Positions 7,020-17,613 of a stretch of 32,000 nucleotides of DNA are shown here, one piece after another. The DNA lies in the NCBI GenBank assembly GCA_965279305.1, contig OZ257143.1, forward strand, positions 1,200,001 to 1,232,000, read 5' to 3'. The DNA is from Gammaproteobacteria bacterium (lineage in GTDB: Bacteria; Pseudomonadota; Gammaproteobacteria; JBIOEC01). Each line of letters begins with the position of its first letter. Within the stretch, counting starts at the first letter, position 1. The notes below the pieces were generated by a model. The model saw only the letters and a list, made by a program, of their open reading frames with translations. It was not told where the DNA came from and searched no databases. The position numbers were made by a program, and so were the translations under genes.

Positions 7020-8030
7020 ATGGAAGAGCGAATTATTAGTGCTGATGTGCAAGTAGATGAGATTTCAATTGATAGAGCGATACGCCCTAAATCATTGGCA
7101 GATTATGTAGGCCAGCCTAAAGTTCGTGAGCAGATGGAAGTGTTTATTCAAGCAGCTAAGGCTCGCTCTGAGGCTTTAGATCATGTGCTTATTTTTGGCC
7201 CTCCTGGTTTAGGTAAAACCACATTAGCGTCTATTGTGGCGAATGAAATGGGCGTGAATCTCACTAGCACGTCAGGCCCTATTTTAGAAAAAGCAGGCGA
7301 TTTGGCGGCATTGCTGACCAATTTAGCGCCCCACGATATTTTATTTATTGATGAAATTCACCGCCTAAGCCCCGTGGTAGAAGAAATTTTATATCCCGCC
7401 CTAGAAGATTACCAATTAGATATTATGATAGGAGAAGGGCCTGCTGCGCGCTCTATTAAATTAAATTTACCGCCCTTTACGTTAATTGGTGCCACAACAA
7501 GAGCAGGGGCTTTAACATCTCCGTTGCGTGATCGTTTTGGTATTGTTCAGCATTTGGAATTTTATAGTGTCAAAGATTTAACCCATATTGTCATGCGCTC
7601 TGCTTCGCTTTTGCATGTACCTATTACAGCAGAAGGTGCTTATAGCATTGCCTCACGTTCACGCGGAACTCCGCGTATTGCTAATCGTTTATTACGTCGG
7701 GTGAGAGATTATGCAGAAGTAAAAGCCAAAGGTGAAATTGTGCCTGAATTGGCGGAATTAGCGTTAAATATGTTAGATATCGATCTTCAAGGATTTGATG
7801 TTTTAGATCGGCGTTTGTTACAAACCTTGGTGGAACAATTTAATGGTGGTCCTGTAGGTATTGATAGTTTGGCTGCAGCCATTGGTGAAGAACGTACGAC
7901 CTTAGAAGATGTGATTGAACCTTATTTGATTCAACAAGGATTTATTTCACGCACGCCGCGTGGACGTGTAGCTACCTTGAAAACTTATGAACATTTAGGC
8001 GTAGAAGCGAAACAATTAGAATTAGTATGA
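7020..8030 (+). CDS. ruvB: Holliday junction branch migration DNA helicase RuvB
   Basis: 336 aa with Walker [10 protein letters not shown], Walker B FIDEIHRL and the sensor/arginine finger region. It is collinear with RuvB over its full length. Confidence 0.96.
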   Translation: MEERIISADVQVDEISIDRAIRPKSLADYVGQPKVREQMEVFIQAAKARSEALDHVLIFGPPGLGKTTLASIVANEMGVNLTSTSGPILEKAGDLAALLTNLAPHDILFIDEIHRLSPVVEEILYPALEDYQLDIMIGEGPAARSIKLNLPPFTLIGATTRAGALTSPLRDRFGIVQHLEFYSVKDLTHIVMRSASLLHVPITAEGAYSIASRSRGTPRIANRLLRRVRDYAEVKAKGEIVPELAELALNMLDIDLQGFDVLDRRLLQTLVEQFNGGPVGIDSLAAAIGEERTTLEDVIEPYLIQQGFISRTPRGRVATLKTYEHLGVEAKQLELV

Positions 8031-9524
8031 TTTAGCGAAAATAATGGGAACGCCGTCTGGTTTGCCTGTAAAAATACAGGTGCCGCGATTTTCTGCTTGA
8101 TCTAAAGGAATACAACGCGCGGTGATTTTTAATTTTTTCAACAAGTCTTGTATGCCCAAAATATCGGCGCAATATGCTAGAGCAAAACCTGGAGCTTCTT
8201 CTCCGTCTTTTTCAAAAAACGCTTTAAAGTCATTAAGGTTTTCAAAAACGAAAGTATTTTCTTGTTGAAAATCGAGTGCGCGTTTATATAAATTATCTTG
8301 AATTTCATTCAATATATTAACCATGTTTTTAACAATATCATCTTTGCTCATGATATGTTTTTCTTGTGGCTCTTGATCGCGACGTTTTAATACAGCGCTA
8401 TTATTGGCAATATCTCTAGGCCCAATTTCAATGCGAACGGGGATCCCTTGTTTAATGGCTTGCCAGCTTTTTTCACCATTGGTTTTGTCACGTAGATCAA
8501 TATCTACGCTAAGAAATTGATGATGATAAACGGTTTGCTGTAATTGCTCTTGTAGTTCACGGCAAAAACTTAATACAGCAGTTTGCTCTTCTTCATTTCG
8601 AAAAATAGGCAGAATAATAATATGGGTAGGCGCAATTCGGGGTGGCAATACTAAACCATTATCATCACTATGAGTCATAATTAAACCACCAATTAAACGT
8701 GTAGAAACACCCCATGAAGTGGTCCAGGCATTTTCTAATTGGCCTTGTTCATTGGTGAATTGAATAGCAAATGATTTAGAAAAATTTTGCCCTAAAAAGT
8801 GTGATGTGCCGGCTTGCAAGGCTTTTTTATCTTGCATCATGGCTTCAATAGTAAATGTATTTTCAGCGCCAGGAAAACGTTCATCTTCAGTTTTTTCGCC
8901 CATAATCACGGGCATGGCTAAGTATTCACGTGAAAAATACGCGTACACTTCTAGCATTTGTTGGGTTTCGGTTTGCGCTTCGTCTGCTGTGCTATGCGCT
9001 GTATGGCCTTCTTGCCACAAAAATTCAGAGGTGCGTAAAAATAAACGAGTACGCATTTCCCAGCGCATTACGTTTGCCCACTGATTAATTTTTAAAGGAA
9101 GATCACGATACGATTGGATCCACTTGGCAAATTGCACACCAATAATAGTTTCACTGGTAGGGCGGATCACATAGGGTTCTTCTAATTCGCCATCAGGTTG
9201 TAGTTGTCCATTTTCATCTAAGGTTAAACGGTGATGGGTAACCACCGCGCATTCTTTTGCAAATCCTTGTACATGCTCGGCTTCTTTTTGCAAAAAATGT
9301 AATGGAATTAATAAAGGAAAATAAGCATTTTTATGACCTGTGGCTTTAAACATGCCATCTAGTACGCGTTGCATATTTTCCCAAATAGCGTAACCCCAAG
9401 GCTTGATGATCATGCATCCACGCACAGGAGCATGTTCTGCTAAATCGGCCGCATGAATAACTTGTTGGTACCATTCAGGATAATTTTCCTGACGTGTAGG
9501 GGTGATCGCTGTACTTTTGCTCAT
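8022..9524 (-). CDS. proS: Proline--tRNA ligase, archaeal/eukaryote-like (Thermus-type) architecture
   Basis: The 500-aa protein is collinear with Thermus-type ProRS (EWYxxVIxxAxLAxxxPVRG, YAIWENxQxVLD, RPTSET, [24 protein letters not shown], terminal FAKSY). It has no INS editing-domain insertion. Confidence 0.9.
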   Translation of the reverse strand: MSKSTAITPTRQENYPEWYQQVIHAADLAEHAPVRGCMIIKPWGYAIWENMQRVLDGMFKATGHKNAYFPLLIPLHFLQKEAEHVQGFAKECAVVTHHRLTLDENGQLQPDGELEEPYVIRPTSETIIGVQFAKWIQSYRDLPLKINQWANVMRWEMRTRLFLRTSEFLWQEGHTAHSTADEAQTETQQMLEVYAYFSREYLAMPVIMGEKTEDERFPGAENTFTIEAMMQDKKALQAGTSHFLGQNFSKSFAIQFTNEQGQLENAWTTSWGVSTRLIGGLIMTHSDDNGLVLPPRIAPTHIIILPIFRNEEEQTAVLSFCRELQEQLQQTVYHHQFLSVDIDLRDKTNGEKSWQAIKQGIPVRIEIGPRDIANNSAVLKRRDQEPQEKHIMSKDDIVKNMVNILNEIQDNLYKRALDFQQENTFVFENLNDFKAFFEKDGEEAPGFALAYCADILGIQDLLKKLKITARCIPLDQAENRGTCIFTGKPDGVPIIFAKSY

Positions 9525-10789
9525 GATTTATGTTGCTTCTTACCGTTATAAATATTTACATCTAGCATTTTTTCACTTTTAGCTACCATTACTGCAGTGA
9601 GAGCGTCACCGGTAATATTCGTGGTAGTGGTCATCATATCGATAATGCGATCGACAGCAGCAATAATTCCTATTACGGTTAACGGAATACCAATACTGCT
9701 CATCACTAATGCCATCACAAATAAAGCACTACCAGGAACACCTGAAGCGCCCATAGCAGCAACAGTAGAAGTAATAATAATTAAAATAAATTGCCACATG
9801 CTTAATTCAATACCATATAAATTGGCAGCAAATACGGCTGCCACACCTAAATACAGGGTTAAACCATTCATATTAATACTGGCGCCTAATGGCATAATGA
9901 ATTCACTAATGCTTTTAGCAACGCCTAGATTTTTTTGGGTGCAGCGTAATGCAATAGGTAATGTGGCAGCGCTACTGGTCGTTGAGAAAGCAAAAATCAT
10001 AGCGTCGGCCATACCTTTGAAAAAGCGAATAGGATTAAGTCTGGAAATAAAGACTAGCATTCCGCTATAAACCACCAAGGCATGAATAAGACAGCCCGCA
10101 TAAATCGTGAGGACCATCGTTAAGAGCTCAAGCAGCATAGTAGTTCCAAATTTACTAATCATCACACTCATTAAACAAAACACACCAATAGGTGCGAATT
10201 TCATAATGATTTGAGCAAATTGCATCATCACCGCAAACATATTGTCAAAAATATGATGTATGCGTTGGCCATTTTCGCCTGCACGCATAATAGCTAAACC
10301 AAATATTAATGCTACTACAATCACTTGTAATATGGTGGAATTGTTACTGAAGGCTGCAAACATATTAGGTGGCACTAAATTAGTAATAATATTATCTAAA
10401 GTAGGTTGGGGTACTGTAACAATGGTGACCTCGTTTAATAAATGCGAGAGATCCATTCCTTTGCCTGGCTGCGTAATTTCAGCGACTAATATTCCTATGG
10501 TGGCAGAAATAGCCATGGTGACCATATAAAGTGTCATGGTTTTTAAAGTAACGCGCCCCATAGAAGTGGTTCCGCGCAACGATAATACACCGCAAGTAAT
10601 AGAAACGAATACCACAGGCACTACCATTAATTGGATGGCATTAATAAATAATTGACCAATAGGAGCGAGTGGAGTAGCCGCATCAGGAAATGTGAGGCCT
10701 AGAGTTACACCCAATATGAGAGCAATAACAATTTGTTGCCACAAAGGAATTTTAAAAATTTTCAGAGGATATGATAGTATCGAGCTCAT
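9521..10789 (-). CDS. Dicarboxylate/amino acid:cation symporter (DAACS family)
   Basis: The 422-aa protein is polytopic. Family motifs present are SSAATLP, PLGASINMNG and DRIIDMMTTTTNITGDA. Its stop overlaps the proS start by 4 nt (ATGA). Confidence 0.85.
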   Translation of the reverse strand: MSSILSYPLKIFKIPLWQQIVIALILGVTLGLTFPDAATPLAPIGQLFINAIQLMVVPVVFVSITCGVLSLRGTTSMGRVTLKTMTLYMVTMAISATIGILVAEITQPGKGMDLSHLLNEVTIVTVPQPTLDNIITNLVPPNMFAAFSNNSTILQVIVVALIFGLAIMRAGENGQRIHHIFDNMFAVMMQFAQIIMKFAPIGVFCLMSVMISKFGTTMLLELLTMVLTIYAGCLIHALVVYSGMLVFISRLNPIRFFKGMADAMIFAFSTTSSAATLPIALRCTQKNLGVAKSISEFIMPLGASINMNGLTLYLGVAAVFAANLYGIELSMWQFILIIITSTVAAMGASGVPGSALFVMALVMSSIGIPLTVIGIIAAVDRIIDMMTTTTNITGDALTAVMVAKSEKMLDVNIYNGKKQHKS

Positions 10790-10875
10790 AGCGATCCTTC
10801 TTCGTAAAATCTGTTGATGCCAAAAAGAATTTGACTTAGAGTATCATATTAGACTTACATTAGGCAAAAAGCGAC

Positions 10876-12237
10876 ATGGCAAAAAATAAAGCACTTTACG
10901 TTTGTAACCAATGTGGCGGACAAAGCCCTCAATGGGCAGGGCAATGTGGCGACTGCAATGCCTGGAATAGTTTTAGTGAAATTGTTCCCATTGCTACACA
11001 CAGACAAAAACTCGGGTATGCGGGCAATACCTTGCCTGAAATTCTTACCTTGAATATGCTCACCTCTACTGAACTTCCCCGTATCACTACTGGCATAGGA
11101 GAGTTGGATCGCGTATTGGGCGGCGGCTTGGTGCCTGGCTCGGTGATTTTATTAGGCGGCGATCCGGGCATTGGTAAATCGACTATTTTGCTGCAAATGT
11201 TAAGTGAACTGAGTGCCAAGCAGCCCTCGCAAAAAACCTTATATATCACCGGTGAAGAATCTTTACAGCAAGTGCATTTGCGTGCTGAGCGTTTAGGTTT
11301 AGCCCAATCACCTGTGCGTTTATTAGCCGTTACTCGAGTAGAGCAAATTATTGCTGCTGCTCAGCAAGAAAAACCTCAAGTCATGGTAGTGGATTCTATT
11401 CAGACCATGTATACCGAAGAGGTAACATCAGCGCCTGGCTCGGTTAGCCAAGTGCGAGAATCAGCTGCTCAATTAGTTCAATTTGCTAAGCAAAGCGGGA
11501 TCACCATATTTCTGGTAGGACATGTGACCAAAGAAGGGGCAATTGCCGGCCCTCGTGTGTTGGAGCATATGGTGGATACGGTTTTATATTTTGAAGGGCA
11601 AAGCGATAACCGTTGGCGTTTATTACGTGCCGTGAAAAATCGTTTTGGTGCTGTAAATGAGTTAGGCATTTTTGCCATGGCTGAAAAAGGCTTGGTGCAA
11701 GTGACTAACCCTTCTGCCATTTTTTTATCACGAGCCGCAGAACCCACACCAGGTAGCGTGGTGATGGTGACATGGGAAGGTACTAGACCTTTATTGGTTG
11801 AAGTACAGGCCTTGGTGGATCGCAGTTACTTGGCGAATCCTCGCCGAGTAACGGTGGGCATAGAACCTAATCGTTTAACCATGGTGCTAGCGGTTTTACA
11901 TAGACATGGGCAAATTGCTACTTACGATCAAGATGTGTTTGTAAATGTGGTAGGCGGTGTGCGTGTGTCAGAAACGGGTATCGATTTGGCCATTGCATTA
12001 GCGGTGCTATCGAGTTTGCGCAATCAAGCATTACCTCAAGATCTGGTTGTTTTTGGTGAAGTAGGATTAGCAGGAGAAGTGCGGCCAGTGCCTAGCGGGA
12101 TAGAGCGTTTACAAGAAGCCAGCAAACATGGGTTTGCCAGAGCTATTGTGCCCGCAGCCAATGTGAAACAGTACAAATCTTCTCAGTTGGCTATTCAGGG
12201 AGTAACTCGCTTATCTGAAGTATTGGATAGTCTTTAG
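10876..12237 (+). CDS. radA: DNA repair protein RadA/Sms
   Basis: 453 aa with an N-terminal C4 zinc finger (CNQCG...CGDCNAWNSF), Walker A GDPGIGKST, KNRFG and a C-terminal Lon-like domain. Confidence 0.95.
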   Translation: MAKNKALYVCNQCGGQSPQWAGQCGDCNAWNSFSEIVPIATHRQKLGYAGNTLPEILTLNMLTSTELPRITTGIGELDRVLGGGLVPGSVILLGGDPGIGKSTILLQMLSELSAKQPSQKTLYITGEESLQQVHLRAERLGLAQSPVRLLAVTRVEQIIAAAQQEKPQVMVVDSIQTMYTEEVTSAPGSVSQVRESAAQLVQFAKQSGITIFLVGHVTKEGAIAGPRVLEHMVDTVLYFEGQSDNRWRLLRAVKNRFGAVNELGIFAMAEKGLVQVTNPSAIFLSRAAEPTPGSVVMVTWEGTRPLLVEVQALVDRSYLANPRRVTVGIEPNRLTMVLAVLHRHGQIATYDQDVFVNVVGGVRVSETGIDLAIALAVLSSLRNQALPQDLVVFGEVGLAGEVRPVPSGIERLQEASKHGFARAIVPAANVKQYKSSQLAIQGVTRLSEVLDSL

Positions 12238-12713
12238 TTGGGAGCTGGATCAGATTCTGTTTCTGGTCTTTTGGGATAGGGCACTTCTGCATTCTCAATT
12301 GGATGTTTGCCTAATACCGTTTGATTAGGATCAGGAGCTCTATTCATATCAGGCTGTTGAGCGTCCATCGCTGCTTGCCATTGCGCAGGTGCAGCCGCTA
12401 ATTCGGCTTGGTATTGTTGTTGTTCTGCTTCGCTTCTTCTCATAATATACGCTTCTAATGAGCCTATAGGACGTACGTTAGGGAATTGAGCGCGCGCAAC
12501 CCTAAGAAATTTCATATAAAGATTGTTATCAGCTATCGTTATAAGATAAGGATCTGATAGGTTGACAGCTATCTGATTATTGCTAATAGTAGCAACCCCA
12601 ATAACAGTATTAGGAATCGTTTTCATATCGAAACCAGTAATACGCGCTTTTGATCCTAAATCAAACTCTATTTCAAAACTATAGTTTCCAATGCGATGAA
12701 TTTTAGGTGCCAT
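12234..12713 (-). CDS. Orphan 159-aa protein, effector-like
   Basis: The ORF is long and unambiguous. About 90 aa at the N-terminus look beta-rich, followed by a Gln/Ala-rich helix (EAEQQQYQAELAAAPAQWQAAMDAQQ) and a Pro/Glu-rich disordered tail. I recognise no family. Confidence 0.55.
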   Translation of the reverse strand: MAPKIHRIGNYSFEIEFDLGSKARITGFDMKTIPNTVIGVATISNNQIAVNLSDPYLITIADNNLYMKFLRVARAQFPNVRPIGSLEAYIMRRSEAEQQQYQAELAAAPAQWQAAMDAQQPDMNRAPDPNQTVLGKHPIENAEVPYPKRPETESDPAPN

Positions 12714-12862
12714 TCAGAAATCCAGTTATTAATAGAGAATGGGTTATATTACCGTATAGTTTTTGACCAAACAAGAGGTTTATAGCTTACTTGCGGATAT
12801 TAGTTAGATGAATTACAATTGAGCCTTGAAAGACGCCAAACGGCATATTATTAGGTTTTATT

Positions 12863-14662
12863 ATGACTAATCTAAACGCATTATTAGAGCAAATCTATCA
12901 TTCTACATCACCAGAGTTTGAACCTCTAAGATCGCTTATTCAAGAAAAGGCTTTATTAGATGACGGATCTCTTAATTTAAAAGATGCCACATCAGCCTTT
13001 CTTTTGCATGAATGGGCTGAATTGATTCTTAAACAATGCGCTAAATCTTATCGCTTAGCTAAAATTAATTATGAACAATTTTCTTCTTTGGCTATTCCCT
13101 TAATTCAATTGCGTGCACATATTTATAAAAAAATCACCTCAGGCAGATTTCCTACACTTACCTTAGATGAGGTAATGAAAATAGTAGCAATCAATTATTC
13201 ATTTAATGAAGTTGATACATTAAAAAAAGATCTTGATAAAATATATTTGGCAGTTTCTGGTGAGACGACCGCAGAAGAAATTAGGCAGTATGTTAATAGA
13301 ACAATGACTGCTACAGCTATAAATCGTAATCCCAATCGAACAAGCATGCAGAATGTTTCTGAAAAAATGGTTAATTTGAGAGAGTCTTTTTTAGAAATCC
13401 CATTGATTTCACGCTGTGAACGTAATGTTTTTTATTCGTTTTTATTAGGTTTTGTTATTAGAGAAATATATCCTGAGTTGGTGAAGGATGCACGCGAAGA
13501 TTCCGTTTCAAAAGTTAAAAAATTATGTCTTGTATTGATGTTTGCTTATCAGATAGGTAGTTTAACTTTTTCTGTTGACGAAATAGAAAAAGAAAATATT
13601 TTTGATGTGATAGTGAATGGTTCGGTTAGTAAAGATTTTTATGCTATTACCGTAAATAATGCAGCTACTGCTGAACAACCTAGCGGGAGTGAAAATTCTG
13701 ATATTACTTTGGATAAAGAGTCAGTAAATTTTTTCTTAGTGTTATATGCATTTGTTTTTGATTCAGAAAGTTACAGTATAAGAAAACGGTTTTTGCTTGA
13801 AATTCCAGGCGAAACCAATGGTTTTAGAGAAAAAATGAGTCCGGCGCAAATAGCACAGTTAAAAAAACTTTCTTTTTTATTGTTAGGAGGAGTTTCGGCT
13901 ATAGTGTTGATGGCTATTGTGATGAAATATATGGGGGTTAAAGCCTTTATGTATGAAAACGCAGATTCAAACGTGATGTCGTTAAATGTAGACATAAATA
14001 ATGTTTGTAGAACTATTTACAATGAAACGGGTGTTTATATTAATCCGCCCTATAATAATACCGTTACATTAGGTAGTTGGACCCCTGCTTATCAGTTTGG
14101 CAATAATCTGGCAGGGTGTCAGTATTTTCTTAACTATACACAAATATGCTTAGATTTGTGTTGTTTGTATGTAGCGAGTTGTTACGAACAAATTGCTCCG
14201 CTTGTTTCCTCCTATAATGATTCATGCCCAAAATTGGTAGATAATTATCTTCCTTTTACTGAAAATATTGGGTTTGGTTTAGGCTCGGTGGCTGCTTGTA
14301 TTGCACTGATTTCGGCATTGCTAGTCCTTGTTGTCTCCATGGTAAGAACTGTACACATTTTCTTTAATGATAGAGATTTAAGTTCTATCCATCGTTTAAA
14401 AGAATTGATTGGAACATGGGCTAGAAAATTTCCTGAAAATACAGTTATTACTGAGGTAACGTCTTATCTGGGTGAAAATCCTTCTCCAGCAGCTGAGCAT
14501 TCTGCTAATAATCTGGAAAAATGGTTTGGTAACGTCTTAATCCATACAGAGATTCAAGCAGCGACCCCACTTCATATCATAGTGGATATGGTTGAAACGG
14601 CTGATGGAATAGAATTGGCTCCCATGCCTTCTGCCTCATCGACAGCTCTTGTTCCCGTATAG
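12863..14662 (+). CDS. Orphan 599-aa membrane protein with two TM helices flanking a Cys-rich loop
   Basis: The hydrophobic segments are roughly residues 336-358 (LSFLLLGGVSAIVLMAIVMKYMG) and 469-494 (IGFGLGSVAACIALISALLVLVVSMV). The 110-aa loop between them has 7 Cys and 4 N-x-S/T sequons. I recognise no family. Confidence 0.6.
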   Translation: MTNLNALLEQIYHSTSPEFEPLRSLIQEKALLDDGSLNLKDATSAFLLHEWAELILKQCAKSYRLAKINYEQFSSLAIPLIQLRAHIYKKITSGRFPTLTLDEVMKIVAINYSFNEVDTLKKDLDKIYLAVSGETTAEEIRQYVNRTMTATAINRNPNRTSMQNVSEKMVNLRESFLEIPLISRCERNVFYSFLLGFVIREIYPELVKDAREDSVSKVKKLCLVLMFAYQIGSLTFSVDEIEKENIFDVIVNGSVSKDFYAITVNNAATAEQPSGSENSDITLDKESVNFFLVLYAFVFDSESYSIRKRFLLEIPGETNGFREKMSPAQIAQLKKLSFLLLGGVSAIVLMAIVMKYMGVKAFMYENADSNVMSLNVDINNVCRTIYNETGVYINPPYNNTVTLGSWTPAYQFGNNLAGCQYFLNYTQICLDLCCLYVASCYEQIAPLVSSYNDSCPKLVDNYLPFTENIGFGLGSVAACIALISALLVLVVSMVRTVHIFFNDRDLSSIHRLKELIGTWARKFPENTVITEVTSYLGENPSPAAEHSANNLEKWFGNVLIHTEIQAATPLHIIVDMVETADGIELAPMPSASSTALVPV

Positions 14663-14756
14663 GTTTGATAAGGGTAGGGTTTATTAGCATCTTACGGCTA
14701 AGTAAGTTAAAATAGACAGCATCTAACCCCTATATTGGCCTAATAAGGAAGTATCT

Positions 14757-16004
14757 ATGGATAATAAAATGACCTTAGCCGAGTTCGACCCCCAAGTGTG
14801 GGATGCCATTCAACATGAAGCTCGCCGTCAAGAAGACCAAATTGAGCTGATAGCCTCTGAAAACTATGCCAGCCCTAGGGTAATGGCTGCTCAAGGCTCT
14901 GTGATGACGAACAAGTATGCTGAGGGTTATCCGGGCAAGCGCTATTATGGTGGTTGCGAATTTGTGGATGAAGTAGAGCGTTTGGCTCAAGAAAGAGCTA
15001 AGCAGTTATTTGGCGTGGAATATGTAAATGTTCAGCCCCATTCTGGCTCTCAAGCGAACGCGGCTGCTTATATGGCAATGATCCAACCGGGCGATACTAT
15101 TTTAGGTATGAGCTTGGATCATGGTGGGCATTTAACCCATGGTGCTAAAGTGAATTTTTCAGGTCAGTTATACCACGCGTTTCAATATGGGATTGACCCA
15201 GAAACCGGTGAAATTAATTACGATACCGTAGAACGCTTGGCCAAAGAGCATAAACCTAAAGTGGTTGTGGCGGGGTTTTCTGCTTATTCTCGTGTCATTG
15301 ATTGGGCCCGCTTCCGTGCTATTGCCGATAGCGTAGGTGCTTTCTTATTTGTGGATATGGCGCATATTGCTGGCTTAGTGGCTGCAGGTGTTTATCCAAG
15401 TCCTGTGCCTCATGCGCATATTGTTACTAGCACTACTCATAAAACCTTACGCGGTCCTCGCGGCGGCATTATTATGACTAACGATGCTGACTTATACAAA
15501 AAAATTAATTCTATTGTATTCCCTGGTATGCAAGGTGGTCCTTTAATGCATGTGATTGCTGCAAAAGCAGTTGCGTTTTTAGAAGCATTACAGCCTGATT
15601 TTAAAATGTATCAGCAGCAAGTGGTTAGCAATGCACGTACCATGGCTAAAGTATTGCAAGACAGAGGTTTCGATATTATCTCTGGTGGTACTGATGATCA
15701 TTTGTTTTTAATGAGCTTAGTGAAGCAAGGCCTTACGGGTAAAGCAGCTGAAGCGGCATTAGAAAATGCAAATATCACTACCAATAAAAATTCAGTTCCT
15801 AACGATCCGCAAAGCCCTTTTATTACGAGTGGTTTGCGTATTGGAACACCTGCAATGACTACGCGTGGATTTAAAACGGCAGAAGCACAGCAAGTGGCTA
15901 AGTGGATTGCTGATATCTTAGATGATATCGATTCCACCAAAACACAAGAACGTATTAAACAAGACGTGATTAAATTGTGCCAACAATATCCCGTTTATAA
16001 ATAA
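14757..16004 (+). CDS. glyA: Serine hydroxymethyltransferase
   Basis: The 415-aa protein is collinear with E. coli GlyA, including the [16 protein letters not shown]-lysine motif. An AAGGAAG RBS precedes the ATG. Confidence 0.97.
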   Translation: MDNKMTLAEFDPQVWDAIQHEARRQEDQIELIASENYASPRVMAAQGSVMTNKYAEGYPGKRYYGGCEFVDEVERLAQERAKQLFGVEYVNVQPHSGSQANAAAYMAMIQPGDTILGMSLDHGGHLTHGAKVNFSGQLYHAFQYGIDPETGEINYDTVERLAKEHKPKVVVAGFSAYSRVIDWARFRAIADSVGAFLFVDMAHIAGLVAAGVYPSPVPHAHIVTSTTHKTLRGPRGGIIMTNDADLYKKINSIVFPGMQGGPLMHVIAAKAVAFLEALQPDFKMYQQQVVSNARTMAKVLQDRGFDIISGGTDDHLFLMSLVKQGLTGKAAEAALENANITTNKNSVPNDPQSPFITSGLRIGTPAMTTRGFKTAEAQQVAKWIADILDDIDSTKTQERIKQDVIKLCQQYPVYK

Positions 16005-16016
16005 AAGGTAAAACAC

Positions 16017-16472
16017 ATGCAATGTCCATTTTGTGGAGCTCGTGATACAAAAGTAATTGATTCTCGTTTAGCGGGTGAAGGGGATCAAGTACGCAGAAGA
16101 CGTGAATGCATAGAATGCAATGAACGTTTTACAACTTATGAAAATGCTGAATTAATTATGCCGCGTATTATCAAACGCGATGGTAGACGTTCGCCGTTTG
16201 ATGAAATTAAATTGCGTAACGGAATATTAAAAGCATTAGAAAAACGCCCAGTCAGTACTGATCGTATTGAACAGGCTTTGAGTCGTATTAAACATCAGTT
16301 ACGAGTTACCGGTGAGCGTGAAGTTCCTTCACGTTTAATTGGGGAATGGATTATGGAAGAACTGAAAAAATTAGATCAAGTCGCTTATGTGCGTTTTGCA
16401 TCTGTATATCGTAGTTTTGAAGATGTTGCCGAATTTCGACGCGAAATTGAACGCTTAGAGGCAGAAACGTAA
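16017..16472 (+). CDS. nrdR: Transcriptional repressor NrdR
   Basis: 151 aa with an N-terminal zinc ribbon (MQCPFCG...[10 protein letters not shown]) and an ATP-cone domain. Confidence 0.95.
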   Translation: MQCPFCGARDTKVIDSRLAGEGDQVRRRRECIECNERFTTYENAELIMPRIIKRDGRRSPFDEIKLRNGILKALEKRPVSTDRIEQALSRIKHQLRVTGEREVPSRLIGEWIMEELKKLDQVAYVRFASVYRSFEDVAEFRREIERLEAET

Positions 16473-16480
16473 CCATTAAT

Positions 16481-17611
16481 ATGTCCACCGATTTTTATTA
16501 CATGTCTCGTGCCATTGCGTTAGCAGAACGTGGATTTTATACCGTTAGACAAAATCCTAGAGTAGGTTGCGTTATTGTTAATAACGGTGAAATAGTGGGA
16601 GAAGGTTGGCATCAACAAGCAGGTGAAGCGCATGCTGAGATTATGGCGCTACAATATGCTGGTAGTGCTGCAAAAGGAGCTATATGTTACACCACATTAG
16701 AACCGTGCACTCACACAGGAAAAACGCCGCCGTGCACTGAAGCGCTGATAAAAGCAGGCATTAAACGTGTAGTGATCGGATCGTTAGATCCGAACCCGAT
16801 AGTGCATCACAACGGGATAAATGAATTACGAAATGCCGGTATTCTGGTAGATACGGGCATATTAGAACAAGAAGCCTGCGAATTAAATAAAGGCTTTTTC
16901 CAACGAATGAAATATCAACGCCCTTATGTGCGCGTGAAAATGGGTTTAAGTTTGGATGGTCGTACTGCATTAGCTAATGGTAAAAGCCAATGGATTACGA
17001 GTGAAGCATCGCGACGTGATGTGCAGTATTGGCGCGCACGTTCATGCGCTGTGCTAACCAGCAGCCAAACCGTATTAAGTGATGATCCACAAATGACTGT
17101 GCGCGATCAAACAGTTATAGCGGATATTGAAACTACAACAGATCTTACTATTGTTCAACCAAAAAGAATAGTAATAGATACTTTTTTAAAAACCTCGCCT
17201 GAAATGAAAATTTTTCAAGCGAATAAATCTGATGTGATCGTTGTCACAGCAAAAGAAACTCGCATCACGGATGAATGGAAAAAAAGTGGTATTAAAATAG
17301 TACCCTTGTTGGATAAACGTTCTACTGATAAAGATGATTTGCAAGCGCTAATGAAATGGTTAGCCGATGAGCAAATTAATGAATTGTGGGTAGAAGCAGG
17401 ATCTGTTTTTACCGGTGCATTGGTACAAACCGGATTAGTGGATGAATGGGTATTGTATGTGGCACCCTGTTTTTTAGGATCTGATGCAAAACCTTTGGTG
17501 GTATTTCCTGAGTTGTCGGATTTATCAGAAGCGGTTTCTTTAACATTTACGGAATGTAAGGCGATAGGATCGGATTTAAGAATTATTGCAAGAGCCAATA
17601 GAGATTTATAA
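16481..17611 (+). CDS. ribD: Bifunctional diaminohydroxyphosphoribosylaminopyrimidine deaminase / 5-amino-6-(5-phosphoribosylamino)uracil reductase
   Basis: The 376-aa protein has the deaminase motifs HAE...LEPCTHTGKTPPC and a reductase domain. It is collinear with E. coli RibD. Confidence 0.95.
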   Translation: MSTDFYYMSRAIALAERGFYTVRQNPRVGCVIVNNGEIVGEGWHQQAGEAHAEIMALQYAGSAAKGAICYTTLEPCTHTGKTPPCTEALIKAGIKRVVIGSLDPNPIVHHNGINELRNAGILVDTGILEQEACELNKGFFQRMKYQRPYVRVKMGLSLDGRTALANGKSQWITSEASRRDVQYWRARSCAVLTSSQTVLSDDPQMTVRDQTVIADIETTTDLTIVQPKRIVIDTFLKTSPEMKIFQANKSDVIVVTAKETRITDEWKKSGIKIVPLLDKRSTDKDDLQALMKWLADEQINELWVEAGSVFTGALVQTGLVDEWVLYVAPCFLGSDAKPLVVFPELSDLSEAVSLTFTECKAIGSDLRIIARANRDL

Positions 17612-17613
17612 AT

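Noticed and set aside
16005-16480. An FMN (RFN) riboswitch ahead of the rib genes.
   Set aside because: There is no room. glyA-nrdR and nrdR-ribD are separated by 12 and 8 nt, and every rib gene junction is under 15 nt or overlaps.
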